A stretch of DNA of 20,000 nt. Origin: Chiloscyllium plagiosum. Lineage: Eukaryota. The notes below the pieces were generated by a model. The model did not search any database and was not told the DNA's origin. It saw nothing but the letters and a program-made list of their open reading frames with translations. Shown here in pieces: positions 9,265 through 18,065 of this stretch. Numbering within the stretch: the stretch's first letter is position 1; each line of letters starts with the position of its first letter. Both the position numbers and the translations under genes were made by a program. The stretch spans positions 7,947,384-7,967,383 of the forward strand of contig NC_057750.1 of the NCBI RefSeq assembly GCF_004010195.1, written 5' to 3'.

Positions 9265-9600
9265 CTTATATTCTTTCCTGCCACATTGGCATCACTGGCA
9301 GGCCCAATGTGTATTGCCAATCTCCATTGTCCCATGAGACGTTGGCGATGAATCACCTTCTTAAAGTGTCGCCGTCCCACAGTGTAGCAATACCCATAGT
9401 TCTGTTGAGGGAGTAGCTGCCATTTTGACCCAACAGCTGTGAAGGAAGGGCGATATGTTTCCAAGTCAGGATGGTGAATGACTTGGTAGGGATCTGGCAA
9501 GAGGTGGTGTTCCCACGTGTCTGCTGCCCTTGTCCTTCTAGGGTTTGGAAGGAGGCTTGAGGAGTTGTCGCACTCCAGTTCAGAGCAGGCATAATCTTCA
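9265..9600 (-). mobile_element. Old CR1/L2-group LINE 3' end
   Basis: Reverse complement matches 15290-15700 (AGGACAAGGGC..CAGA..ACACC) and the tail of the SINE at 3530-3600. Confidence 0.75.
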
Positions 9601-9622
9601 TGGTGCCCGGGCACAACAATTA

Positions 9623-9830
9623 TGATGTGGAGGAGCCAGTGTTGGACTGGGGTGGACAAAGTTAAAAATCACACAACACCAGGTTATAGTTCATTAGCTT
9701 TATTTTGAAGTACCAGCTTTAACATATAGAAAGCAGTAATTACAGAACATTCATCAGAAGCAGCACTCCAAAAGCTTATACTTTCAAATAAATCTGTTGG
9801 ACTATAATCTGGTGCGGTGTGATTTTTAAC
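9623..9830. mobile_element. Palindromic PLE-derived short element (family C), centre rearranged
   Basis: Arms GTTAAAAATCACAC.. (9661-9720) and ..GTGTGATTTTTAAC (9772-9830). TTCATCAG (reverse complement CTGATGAA) at 9750-9757. TSD-like ACAACAATTA/ACAATAATTA at 9613-9622 and 9829-9838. Confidence 0.75.
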
Positions 9831-9849
9831 AATAATTACTCTTCAAGCA

Positions 9850-10285
9850 AGAGCTGAACTGGTCATTATCACATTACTGTTTGTACAGTCATAGACTCCT
9901 GACAGTGCTGAAAGAGGCCATTTGGCCCATTGAGTCTAGTAACCCATGGCCAGCAACCCATCCCTATAACCCCACATGGGATTTTTACTGTGACCAATCC
10001 ACCCTAACCTGCACATCGTTGGACTGTGGGAGGAAACCCACGTAGACACGGGGAGAATGTGCAAACTCCACACAGACAGTCACCCGAGGCTGGAATCGAA
10101 CCCAGATCTCTGGCACTAGGAGGCAGCAGTGCTAACCACTGAGCCACAGTGTTCATGGCAGCTTTCTGTGCATGATTGGTTTCCATTACTCCCACATTTG
10201 AACATTGGGTGCACTTCAAACATTCATTGATTGTAAAGCACATTTCGAGGCTGTGAAAAGTGCTTTGTAAATGCCAACTTGCTGT
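9850..10285 (+). mobile_element. DeuSINE 3' part split by an HE1 insertion
   Basis: CTGGTCATTATCACATTACTGTTTGT (9860-9885) resumes as AGCTTTCTGTGCA..CACTTCAAA..ATTGTAAAGCAC..GTAAATGC (10160-10280). Confidence 0.6.
9886..10150 (-). mobile_element. HE1-type SINE
   Basis: Reverse complement contains TGGCTCAGTGGTTAGCACTGCTGCC, GGTTCGATTCC and the V-core. Confidence 0.9.
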
Positions 10286-10424
10286 GGTATAACAATCGAG
10301 TGATACTCTAACTGTACCTATGCTTCCCCGATGAACAGGAAAACAATAACTGTTGCTATTACAGTAGAACATAAGGAAAGCAATAATTACAGAACATTGG
10401 CCACACTTGATTGTTAGGGTTAGA

Positions 10425-10905
10425 CCATTTCCAACAAGACAAAACCATCTCCTCCAATACTCAGTGGCATTACCATCACTGAATTCCCCACCATCAAGGT
10501 CTTGGGAGTTACCATCCATCAGAAACTGAACTGAATCAACAAAAAACAGCCTGGGAATTCTGAAGTGAGTAACTCATCTCCTCACCTCCACAAAGCCTGT
10601 CCAAGGGTCAGGAATGTGTTGGAATAATCTCCATTTGTCTGGATGAGTGCAGTTCCGACACTGTCTGGGGGACTAGCCAATCTGCTTCATTGGCACCCCA
10701 ACCACCTCCTTCAACATCCACTCCCTCGAACAAGGATGCACAGTGACAGCAGAGTGCACCATCCACAAGACACACTGTGGCAACTCCTCAAACCTCCTTC
10801 AAGAGCAAACGTGACCCTTAAAAGAACATCAGGTACACGGGGACACCACTCCCTTGCAAATTCCTCTCCAACCTTTCACTATAAAGTCCAGTGTGCTACT
10901 GACTG
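10425..10905 (+). mobile_element. Old CR1/L2-group LINE, RT C-terminal region
   Basis: GGCATTACCATCACTGAATTCCCCACCATCAAGGTCTTGGGAGTTACCAT..CAGAAACTGAAC reads GITITEFPTIKVLGVTI..QKLN. Colinear with 14900-15350. Confidence 0.75.
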
Positions 10906-10986
10906 AGACAGCAAATGTGAGGGAACACAGACAGCGTCACACTCATTCACTGATTCCACACCAGCCCAGGGCCACTCTGAACCTTC

Positions 10987-11324
10987 ATAGAATTCCTACA
11001 GTATGGAAACAGGCCCTTCGGCCCAACAAGTCCACACCGACCCTCCAAACAGTATCCCACCAAGTCCCGTTCCCCTATCCTATATTTACCCCTGACTAGT
11101 GCACCTAACCATACACACCCCTGGAGATTTTAGGCAATTTAACATGGCCAATCCAGCCTAACCTACACATCTTTGGACTGTGGGAGGAAACTGGAGCACC
11201 CGGAGGAAACCCATCCAGACACAGGGAGAATGTGTAAACTCCACACAAACAGTCACCCAAGGTTGGAATTGAACCTAGGTTTGGGTGGGGCAGTGAGGCA
11301 GTAGTGCTAACCACTGAGCCACCC
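10987..11324 (-). mobile_element. HE1-type SINE (left member of a head-to-head pair)
   Basis: Full-length reverse-complement match to 11331-11644. Confidence 0.92.
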
Positions 11325-11330
11325 TGAACT

Positions 11331-11644
11331 GGTGACACAGTGGTTGGCACTGCTGCCTCACAGCGCCAGGGATCCAGGTTCAATTCCAACCTCGGGCGAC
11401 TGTCTGTGTGGAGTTTGCACATTCTCACCGTGTCTGCGTGGGTTTGCTCTGGTTTCCTCCCACAGTCCAAAGATGTGCAAGTTAGGGTGGATTAGCCGTG
11501 CTAAATTGCCCATAGTGTTAGGTGCATTAGTCAGGAGTCAATAGAGGGTAAGGGAATGGGTCTGGGTGGGTTACTCTTCGGAGGGTTGGTGTGGACATGT
11601 TGGGCCGAAGGGCCTGTTTCCATACTATAGGGAATCTAATCTAA
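11331..11644 (+). mobile_element. HE1-type SINE (right member of a head-to-head pair)
   Basis: B box GGTTCAATTCC, V-core, tail GGGCCGAAGGGCCTGTTTCC followed by AATCTAATCTAA. Confidence 0.93.
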
Positions 11645-12451
11645 GAAAACTGTCACTTTTGTTCAAGTCAACAAAATCAATGAGAAAGCATCAATTGATG
11701 ATGGTTATTTTATAGCATTGTGTGACCTGTCCTCTACCTAAATGTTGATAAAACTGAGTCACTTTTCCAGCCAAAAACAGAACCACTGCATACAAGAAAA
11801 GATGGCCATGCTGATGTTGCAGAAACATATCCAGCTAAAAATATAGATTGCAACTCCAAACAGGCCTGATCAACAAGGGTAAAAATAGTTCAGGACAGCA
11901 GTCTGTTTAAATCATCCTTTTTTGCTGTGGGGCACTTAATCTTCTCATCTATCTTTCTGTAGGTCAGTCTAAGAATAGTATCTCACAGCATCAATCAAGG
12001 AGCAGCCTCAGAGACGGGTTACGTGTGTTGAATCGCTGCAGCTCCCCCTTGTCACTAAGCCTTTCAAAGGAGGCATCGAGGCTGGAGGATGATACTGTCT
12101 GCCAACCCACTTTCCCCATGATTCACGACCCAGAACTGAATCAACTGAAAGCATCACAAGATGGCTTGTGCAACTGTGGCAGATTTTTAACCAGGAATTC
12201 TTTTTGCCCGCATCCCTATGGGGGAACCGGCCATCAATCAGTTGTCAACGTGCCGTGCTAATGACAAACAATGGCCCCTTTAAGATGTGCCAACATGGGC
12301 AACCTTAAAGGCACCACATTCTGCAAGAAGTGGGTCTCACACAGCAAAGGAATTTAGAGGAAATGTTATCTGCCACCCATTCCACTACTCCAGATCTGAG
12401 GGACTAGGAAAGTCAAACATTCACTTTGAGATGGCAGTTATGTCTGATTTT

Positions 12452-12665
12452 TGTCGTGATTGGAACAGGGTCAGCTAGGTAAACCTCCTATAATAGGAGG
12501 TCCCTGATTGGGACTGTTAACCTGGTCCAATCAGGGGGTCCTGGCTGACAGATAGAAATGGAGTGTCAGGGGTTCTGTTCAATCTGGGAGCTGGCTCTGA
12601 GGGAGCTGGATTATGTAAATAAAGGGGGACTCGGTGACAGGATACAGGCCTCAGTGGGGTGTTCA
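12452..12665 (+). mobile_element. Probable solo LTR of an LTR retrotransposon
   Basis: TG..CA termini, inverted CCAAT pair CCCTGATTGG/CCAATCAGGG, degenerate TATA (GATAGAAA), AATAAA at 12618. Confidence 0.6.
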
Positions 12666-12754
12666 TTGGTGTGCCGTAGTTGAGGGTACAGTTAGCTTCA
12701 GCATCGCGAACAAAGAATGGAGAAAAGGATGGGTTGTGGAGTGTGTGTGTGTGT

Positions 12755-12908
12755 GGGGGGGAATTGTGTATGATTGTGTGTATGAGAATGTGTGTAGGAG
12801 TGTGTGTGTGTGTCACAAGTGAATAGTTTGGCACCACTCATGCTCCTGGCACATTGGTAAGGCTGGTATTGGTGGCATGATCCACCTTTTCTCACCTGGT
12901 CAGGGAGC
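12755..12908 (+). repeat. Direct repeat copy 1 (copy 2 at 13455-13609)
   Basis: Core TGAATAGTTTGGCACCACTCATG..CCACCTTTTCTCACCTGG at 12820-12908 vs 13522-13609, about 8 differences in 89 bp. Confidence 0.9.
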
Positions 12909-13331
12909 AGAGGGAGTCTTCTCCATCTAGTTTATAATTCGTAGATATCTGTCTGTTTCTGTATGTGAGTGAGTGTAATTGCATGTGTCTGTGTGTAGGA
13001 GTGTATCTGTGTGTAAGTGAGTGTGAGTGGGAGTAACTGTGTGAATCAATGTATTTGCAAGTATTGGTGTCTACAAGTGAGTGTGTGTATCCAAGTGACA
13101 GAGTGTGCGGATCTGCCTGCATGCATCAGATATGAGTGTGTGTGTATATATGTGTATGTTTGTACATGTGAGGGTGTCTGTGAGTGTATGAATGGGTATG
13201 TATATCTTACTTTGTATGAATGCATGCATCAGTGAATGTGTGTATCTATGTGTATTTATCTGTGTGTGCATGCCTTTGTCTATGAGTTAATGTATATGTG
13301 TGTGTTGTCTACCTGTGTGTTTGAAGCATTG

Positions 13332-13431
13332 NNNNNNNNNNNNNNNNNNNNNNNNNNNNNNNNNNNNNNNNNNNNNNNNNNNNNNNNNNNNNNNNNNNNN
13401 NNNNNNNNNNNNNNNNNNNNNNNNNNNNNNN
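13332..13431. other. Assembly gap (100 N placeholder)
   Basis: Exactly 100 N within the TG-rich tract; true length unknown. Confidence 0.99.
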
Positions 13432-13454
13432 GTGTATGTGTGTGGGATTGTGTA

Positions 13455-13609
13455 TGTGTGTGGGATTGTGTATGACAGTGTGTGTATGAGAGTGTTTGTA
13501 CGAGTATGTGTGTGTCACGGTTGAATAGTTTGGCACCACTCATGGTCCTGGCACATTGGTAAGCAGGTATTGGTGGCACAACCCACCTTTTCTCACCTGG
13601 ATAGGGAGC
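13455..13609 (+). repeat. Direct repeat copy 2
   Basis: See 12755-12908. Confidence 0.9.
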
Positions 13610-14011
13610 CCTCTCACCTCTATCTTTAACTAGAGATGAAGTAATGACATTTACTGAAGAGGTTGCAGAGACAGAAGCTGGGTTTTGGTGGATGTTGTTT
13701 TCCTTTAATACTCAGGATTGCTGAGTCAAACCACAACAGAAGCCAGCTCCAATTCCACTTTAATTGCAGAGATCAGATGATACACTCCTGGAGTGTGGTT
13801 TACATTTTGCATCATTGGTGCGAATGTAGTCACATTGACCACAGGCTTCCCTCTGATTGGTGGTGAATGGCACAGCCTGAAAGGGTGGGGGTTAGTTACC
13901 AACACAAAGCAAAAACCCTTCAAATTTTCTGTGTGTGTGCGTGTGTGTGATTTCCTGTTGGTGCACATGTGTGTGAGTATCTGCGAATCTCTGAACATGC
14001 ATGTTAATATT

Positions 14012-14580
14012 TTGATTTGATCTGACTTATTATTGTCACATGTACCTAAATACAGTGAAAAGTGTTGTTCTGCATGCAAATCATACCATACAGAGTGCAT
14101 TAGGGTGTTAGAACCGAGCAAGGAATACAATGTTATGGCAGCAGAGAAGGTGCACAAAGAGTGAGATCAATGTTAGATTTAAAATTTGAGAGGTCCATCC
14201 GGAAGCCTGATAACAGCGGGGAAGAAGCTGTTCTTGAATCTGATAGCCCACCTGTTCGAGCTTTTGTATCTTCTGCCTGATGGAAGAGGGTGGAAGGGGT
14301 TATAACCAGGGTGGGCAGGGTTTTTGATGATATTTTGAGGACACCTGCTGAAGAGCTTTTGCCCAAAATGTTGATTTTCCTGCTCCTCGGATGCTGCCTG
14401 ATCTGCTGTGCTTTTCCAGCAGTGCTCACTTTCACCTTTTTGATGATGTTGGCTGCTTTCCCGAGGCAGTGGGAAGTGTAGACGGAGTCAATGGACGGGA
14501 GGCTTGTGATGGACTGGGCTGTGTTCACAACTCTCTGTAGTTTCCTATGGTCCTGGCAGAGCAGTTGCCATGCCAACCAT
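14012..14580 (-). mobile_element. Rex1/Babar-clade LINE 3' end, interrupted
   Basis: QDHRKLQRVVNTAQSITSLPSIDSVYTSHCLGKAANIIK. After the insertion, a different frame gives PSGRRYKS..RFKNSFFPAVIRL, typical of the Rex/Babar C-terminus. Confidence 0.82.
14335..14436 (+). mobile_element. Family A PLE-derived element, single arm, inserted in Rex/Babar
   Basis: CTGCTGAAGAGCTTTTGCCCAAAATGTTGATTTTCCTGCTCCTCGGATGCTGCC. TSD TTTTTGATGAT at 14321-14331 and 14437-14447. Confidence 0.85.
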
Positions 14581-14859
14581 ATGTGCATATATATGTATAA
14601 ATACATGCGTGTGTTCACTTGCAAGCTCACGTGAATGCATGTGTATGTGTCCAGTGTAGCAAAGAGCCAAATCAATGCTTAAAGAGAGCTTCCCCAGTTT
14701 TTTTAAAAAAGTATTCACCTTCAGCTGTTCCATCAATGACCTTGCCTCCAGCATAAGCTCAGAAGTGGGAACTTTCACCTATATTTGCACAACGTTCATC
14801 ACCATTCGTGATTCATCAGATACTGAAGCATCTCGTGATCAAATGTAACAAGATCGGGA

Positions 14860-15710
14860 CAACAACCAGGAATGATAAATGCTTAGAAATACTCGCAGAG
14901 AATCTAACCATCACCCTACACTTTCAATGGCATGACCATTCCTGCATTTTCCACTTTCACCCTTGACCAGAAACTGAATCATACCAGCCATATAAATACA
15001 ATGGCAACATGAGCAGGTGAGAGGCTAGGAATTCTCTGGTGCATAACTCACTTCCCGATTTCCCAGTGTCTGCCCACTCACCATAAGGCAGAATGATGGA
15101 GCACTGTCCAACTCTTCTGGATGGGTTCAGTTCCAGCCACCCTGAAGAAGCTCAACACCTTCCAAGACAAATTAGCCCACTTGATTGGGACCCATTCACT
15201 TCCTTCATCATGCACTCGCTTTACCATGCAGTGACAGCGGCATGTACCATCTACTAGAAGCACTGTAGCAAACCCATGTGCTCTACCACTCAAAAGGACA
15301 AGGGCCACAGATGGATGAGAACACCATCTAACACAGTTCCCCTTCGCGTCACACACCACTGTCTTGGAGCTATCACTGTACCTTTAGTGATATTGAATCA
15401 AAATCCTGGAATTCCCTTCCAAACAGCTCCTATACTCACAGACAGCAGCTTGGGTGAATAAGGCAGCTCAGAGAAAGTGAGGACTGCAGATGCTGGAGAT
15501 CAGAGTCGAGAGTGGAAAAGCACAGCAGGTCAGGCAGCGTCCGAGGAGCAGGAGAATCGACGTTTCGGGCATAAGCCCTTCATCGGGATTCCAGCAACAC
15601 ACTCTTGACTCTGAATAAAGTAGCTCCCAGCAGCTTCTCAAGGTCAATTAGAGAAGTGTGATGGATGTTAGGTGAGTCAACAATATCCATGTCACATGAA
15701 CAGATAAAAT
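14860..15710 (+). mobile_element. Old CR1/L2-group LINE 3' part, interrupted at 15470-15611
   Basis: Decayed DQKLN..SHINTMAT.AGERLGIL and TLKKLNTFQDKLAHLIGTH. 3' tail CTTCTCAAGGTCAATTAGAGA. Confidence 0.78.
15470..15611 (-). mobile_element. Family A PLE-derived element, one full arm plus the stub of a second arm
   Basis: Minus strand reads CCGATGAAGGGCTTATGCCCGAAACGTCGATTC. TSD TGAATAAGGCAGCTC/TGAATAAAGTAGCTC at 15455-15469 and 15612-15626. Confidence 0.87.
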
Positions 15711-15938
15711 AGAATCATAGAGACAATAGCACGAAAACAAATCCTTTGGTCCAACTTGCCCATGCCAAACAGACATCCTAAATTAATCTAGCCTCACTTG
15801 CCAGCATTTGGTCCATATCCCTCTAAACCCTTCCTATTCATATACCTATCCAGATGCCTTTGAAATGCTGTAATTGTACCAGCCTCCACCACTGCCTCTG
15901 GCAGCTCATTCCATACATACACCACCCTCTGCGTGAAA
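15709..15938 (-). mobile_element. CR1 (HER1-like) 3' fragment
   Basis: YFTQRVVYVWNELPEAVVEAGTITAFQRHLDRYMNRKGLEGYG followed by the CTCTATGATTCTAT tail. Confidence 0.92.
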
Positions 15939-16329
15939 TAAACAGAATGCTGGTGAGACCATTGGCTATTGCTCATACTACCTTTGAGAAGGTAGTGATG
16001 TGGCACATCCTTGAATTTAACTTGTTACAAATACAAAGTCTATAATATTGTTCCAGTTTAAACTGTCTCTTTAATTTGAAGTGAAACAGGGCAATGAAGA
16101 GAGTTATGAGTTCTGCCCGGCAACAGTCCAGATGACGCAAACAGACTGTCTCCAAAATTTTGGACAGAAAAAGGAAGGTCACAGAGAGAGAGAGAGACAG
16201 AGAGAGACAAAGGTTTGTAGCTGATGTGGTCAGCAGTAAGGAGAGCTCATCTCTCTGTGAGCTGCCAGACAGAATGTGAGAGGGAGGAAGATCCCTGGCT
16301 GATGAGGCACACTCCAAAACAATCTAAGG

Positions 16330-16490
16330 AATCAGAAACAAAAACAGAAATTACTGGAAAAGCTCAGCAGGTCTAGCAGCATCTGTGGAGAGAAATCAGT
16401 TAACATTTCAGATCTGGTGACTGTTCTGAAGAATTCCAGCATTTCTGTTTTTGTTTCTGATTTACAGCATCTGCAGTTCTTTTGGTATTT
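16330..16490. mobile_element. Palindromic PLE-derived element (family B) with internally deleted right arm
   Basis: AATCAGAAACAAAAACAGAAATTACTGGAA (16330) is inverted to TTCCAGCATTTCTGTTTTTGTTTCTGATT (16434-16462). CTGAAGA at the centre. Confidence 0.78.
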
Positions 16491-16599
16491 ATTAAGAAAT
16501 TTGAAAATTCATTCCAGCATGACCACCAAGAAAAGAATTGTCAGAGCTTCATGATGGTATTTAAAAAGAGGCTTGTCAGTACATAACTTGAATATATTT

Positions 16600-16785
16600 T
16601 TGAAAAGAAAGGTAGATTGCCAAAATTCTTCATCTTTCACTCATCAGGACAAACTCAAGAATACCAAATTTCAAAACATTTGCTCTCTTTTCTCCTATGG
16701 TATAAATTGTTGTGATCATTTGAAATTTGGCATTCTGGCATATGTTCTGTAAGACAAAAGCTCCAGCAGCACGTCTCATTTTTTA
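16600..16785. mobile_element. Decayed palindromic PLE-derived element (family D)
   Basis: AGAATACCAAATTTCAAA (16659-16676) is inverted to TTTGAAATTTGGCATTCT (16719-16736). Minus strand reads CCTGATGAGTGAAAGATGAAG, a decayed hammerhead core. Confidence 0.55.
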
Positions 16786-17072
16786 AACAATATGATGGTA
16801 TTCAGTTTGGAAGTTCTCTGAAAATTGTTGGTCACTCCATGAAGCATGAGTTCATTGTAAATTGTGAGAGACGTTTAACTGATTTCTATAAAAAACTTAA
16901 TCTTGCGAAGCAGGTGAAATGAAATAAAACTGTGCCATGGGATTTTTCATCATGTTAAAGGAGGGGGTGTATTTTTTTTTTGCCTGCTGAATAGTGTTTA
17001 GTCGATGTTGATTCTTGTTCATTTGTTAGAGTAATTTTGAATAATTTCTTTAAATTGGTCACTGGGAATTCG

Positions 17073-17212
17073 GTGACGGAGATGAAGTGAGTGTGAGGGG
17101 GTCAGTGTGACGGTGATGGAGTGAGTGTGAGGGTTTCAGGGTGTGGGTGATGGAGAGAGTGTGAGGTGGTCAGGGTGACGGTGATGGAGTGAGTGTGAGA
17201 GGGTCAGTGTGA
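17073..17212. repeat. 34-bp minisatellite, about 4.1 copies
   Basis: Unit approximately GTGACGGTGATGGAGTGAGTGTGAGGGGGTCAGT, starting at 17073, 17107, 17141 and 17175. Confidence 0.92.
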
Positions 17213-17235
17213 TTTTTAAGAGTCTTCCATTTAAA

Positions 17236-17331
17236 GCGGCACGGTGGCACAGTGGTTAGCACTGCTGCCTCACAGCGCCAGAGACCCGGGTTCAATTCCC
17301 GACTCAGGCGTAATCTAATCTAATCTAATCT
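17236..17331 (+). mobile_element. Internally deleted HE1 SINE: tRNA-like head fused directly to a (TAATC)4 tail
   Basis: TGGCACAGTGG and GGTTCAATTCC boxes, then ..CTCAGGCG|TAATCTAATCTAATCTAATC. Confidence 0.85.
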
Positions 17332-17419
17332 CTACAGGTATTCTAAGAAACTGAGCAGCTTGATTAGCTACTTCAGAGGCAGTTAGGAACCACCAGTACT
17401 AAAGGTATCTTAAACAGAT

Positions 17420-17597
17420 TTGTTCCACTAAAATATATTTGTGAACCAGATTATGATTTTACAACAATTTAGCAGCTTCAGGACACTAATGCCAGCTTTT
17501 ATTTAAATTCAAGATTTGTTTAATTAAATTGAAATTTTCCCAGAAGCCATGGTGAGATTTGAACTCATATCATAGAAATATTTGTCCCAGTTCCTGG
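17420..17597 (-). mobile_element. Decayed tRNA-derived SINE related to 3267-3612
   Basis: GCCATGGTGAGATTTGAACTC (B box, reverse complement) and GTGAACCAGAT..TTTTACAACAAT. Confidence 0.55.
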
Positions 17598-17641
17598 ATG
17601 GTGTAGTGGTAATATCACTGGATTAATAATCCAGGGATTTA

Positions 17642-18065
17642 GGGCGACATGATGGTTCAGTGTTTAGCACTGCTGCCTCACAGAATCAAGGACCTGGGTT
17701 CGACTCCACCCTCGAATAACTGTCAGTGTGGAGTTTGCACATTCTCGCCTTGTCTGCGTGGCTTTCCTCCCACAGTCCAAAGGTGTGCAGGCTGGGTACA
17801 TTGGCCATGCTAAATTGTCCATAGTGTCCAGGGATGTGCAGACTAGGTGGGTTAGCTAAGGGGAATTCCTGATGAAGGGCTTATGCCCAAAATGTCGACT
17901 CTCCTGCTCTTCAGATGCTGCCTGACCTGCTGCACTTCTCCAGCGCCACACTTTCCAACTCTGATCTCAAGCATCTGCAGTCCTCACTTTCTCCTAGCCA
18001 AGTGGAGTGCAGGGTTACAGGAAGCGGGTAGAGGGCTGAATCTGGCTTGGACGCTCTTTGGAGCT
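17642..18065 (+). mobile_element. HE1-type SINE, split by a family A element
   Basis: TGGTTCAGTGTTTAGCACTGCTGCCTCACAG, GGTTCGACTCC, V-core. Confidence 0.85.
17865..17994 (+). mobile_element. Family A PLE-derived element, single arm, inserted in HE1
   Basis: CTGATGAAGGGCTTATGCCCAAAATGTCGA at 17869. Degenerate TSD TAGCTAAGGGGA/TAGCCAAGTGGA at 17853-17864 and 17995-18006. Confidence 0.85.

Larger units (their letters stand above)
12735..13520. repeat. Degenerate (TG)n low-complexity tract
   Basis: Continuous TG/TGTA-rich sequence except the 12820-12950 block and the N gap. Confidence 0.9.

Noticed and set aside
12826..12850. miR-96/182-like sequence (TTTGGCAC)
   Set aside because: Only the seed-length prefix matches and I see no convincing precursor hairpin.
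12892..13579. His/Thr- and Cys/Val-rich ORFs
   Set aside because: Translation artefacts of (TG)n sequence and the N gap.
14133..14675. 180-aa minus-strand ORF
   Set aside because: Chance read-through of low-complexity sequence, Rex/Babar remnant and an inserted family A element.
17073..17212. CRISPR-like array
   Set aside because: Contiguous tandem units without unique spacers, in a vertebrate context with no cas genes.
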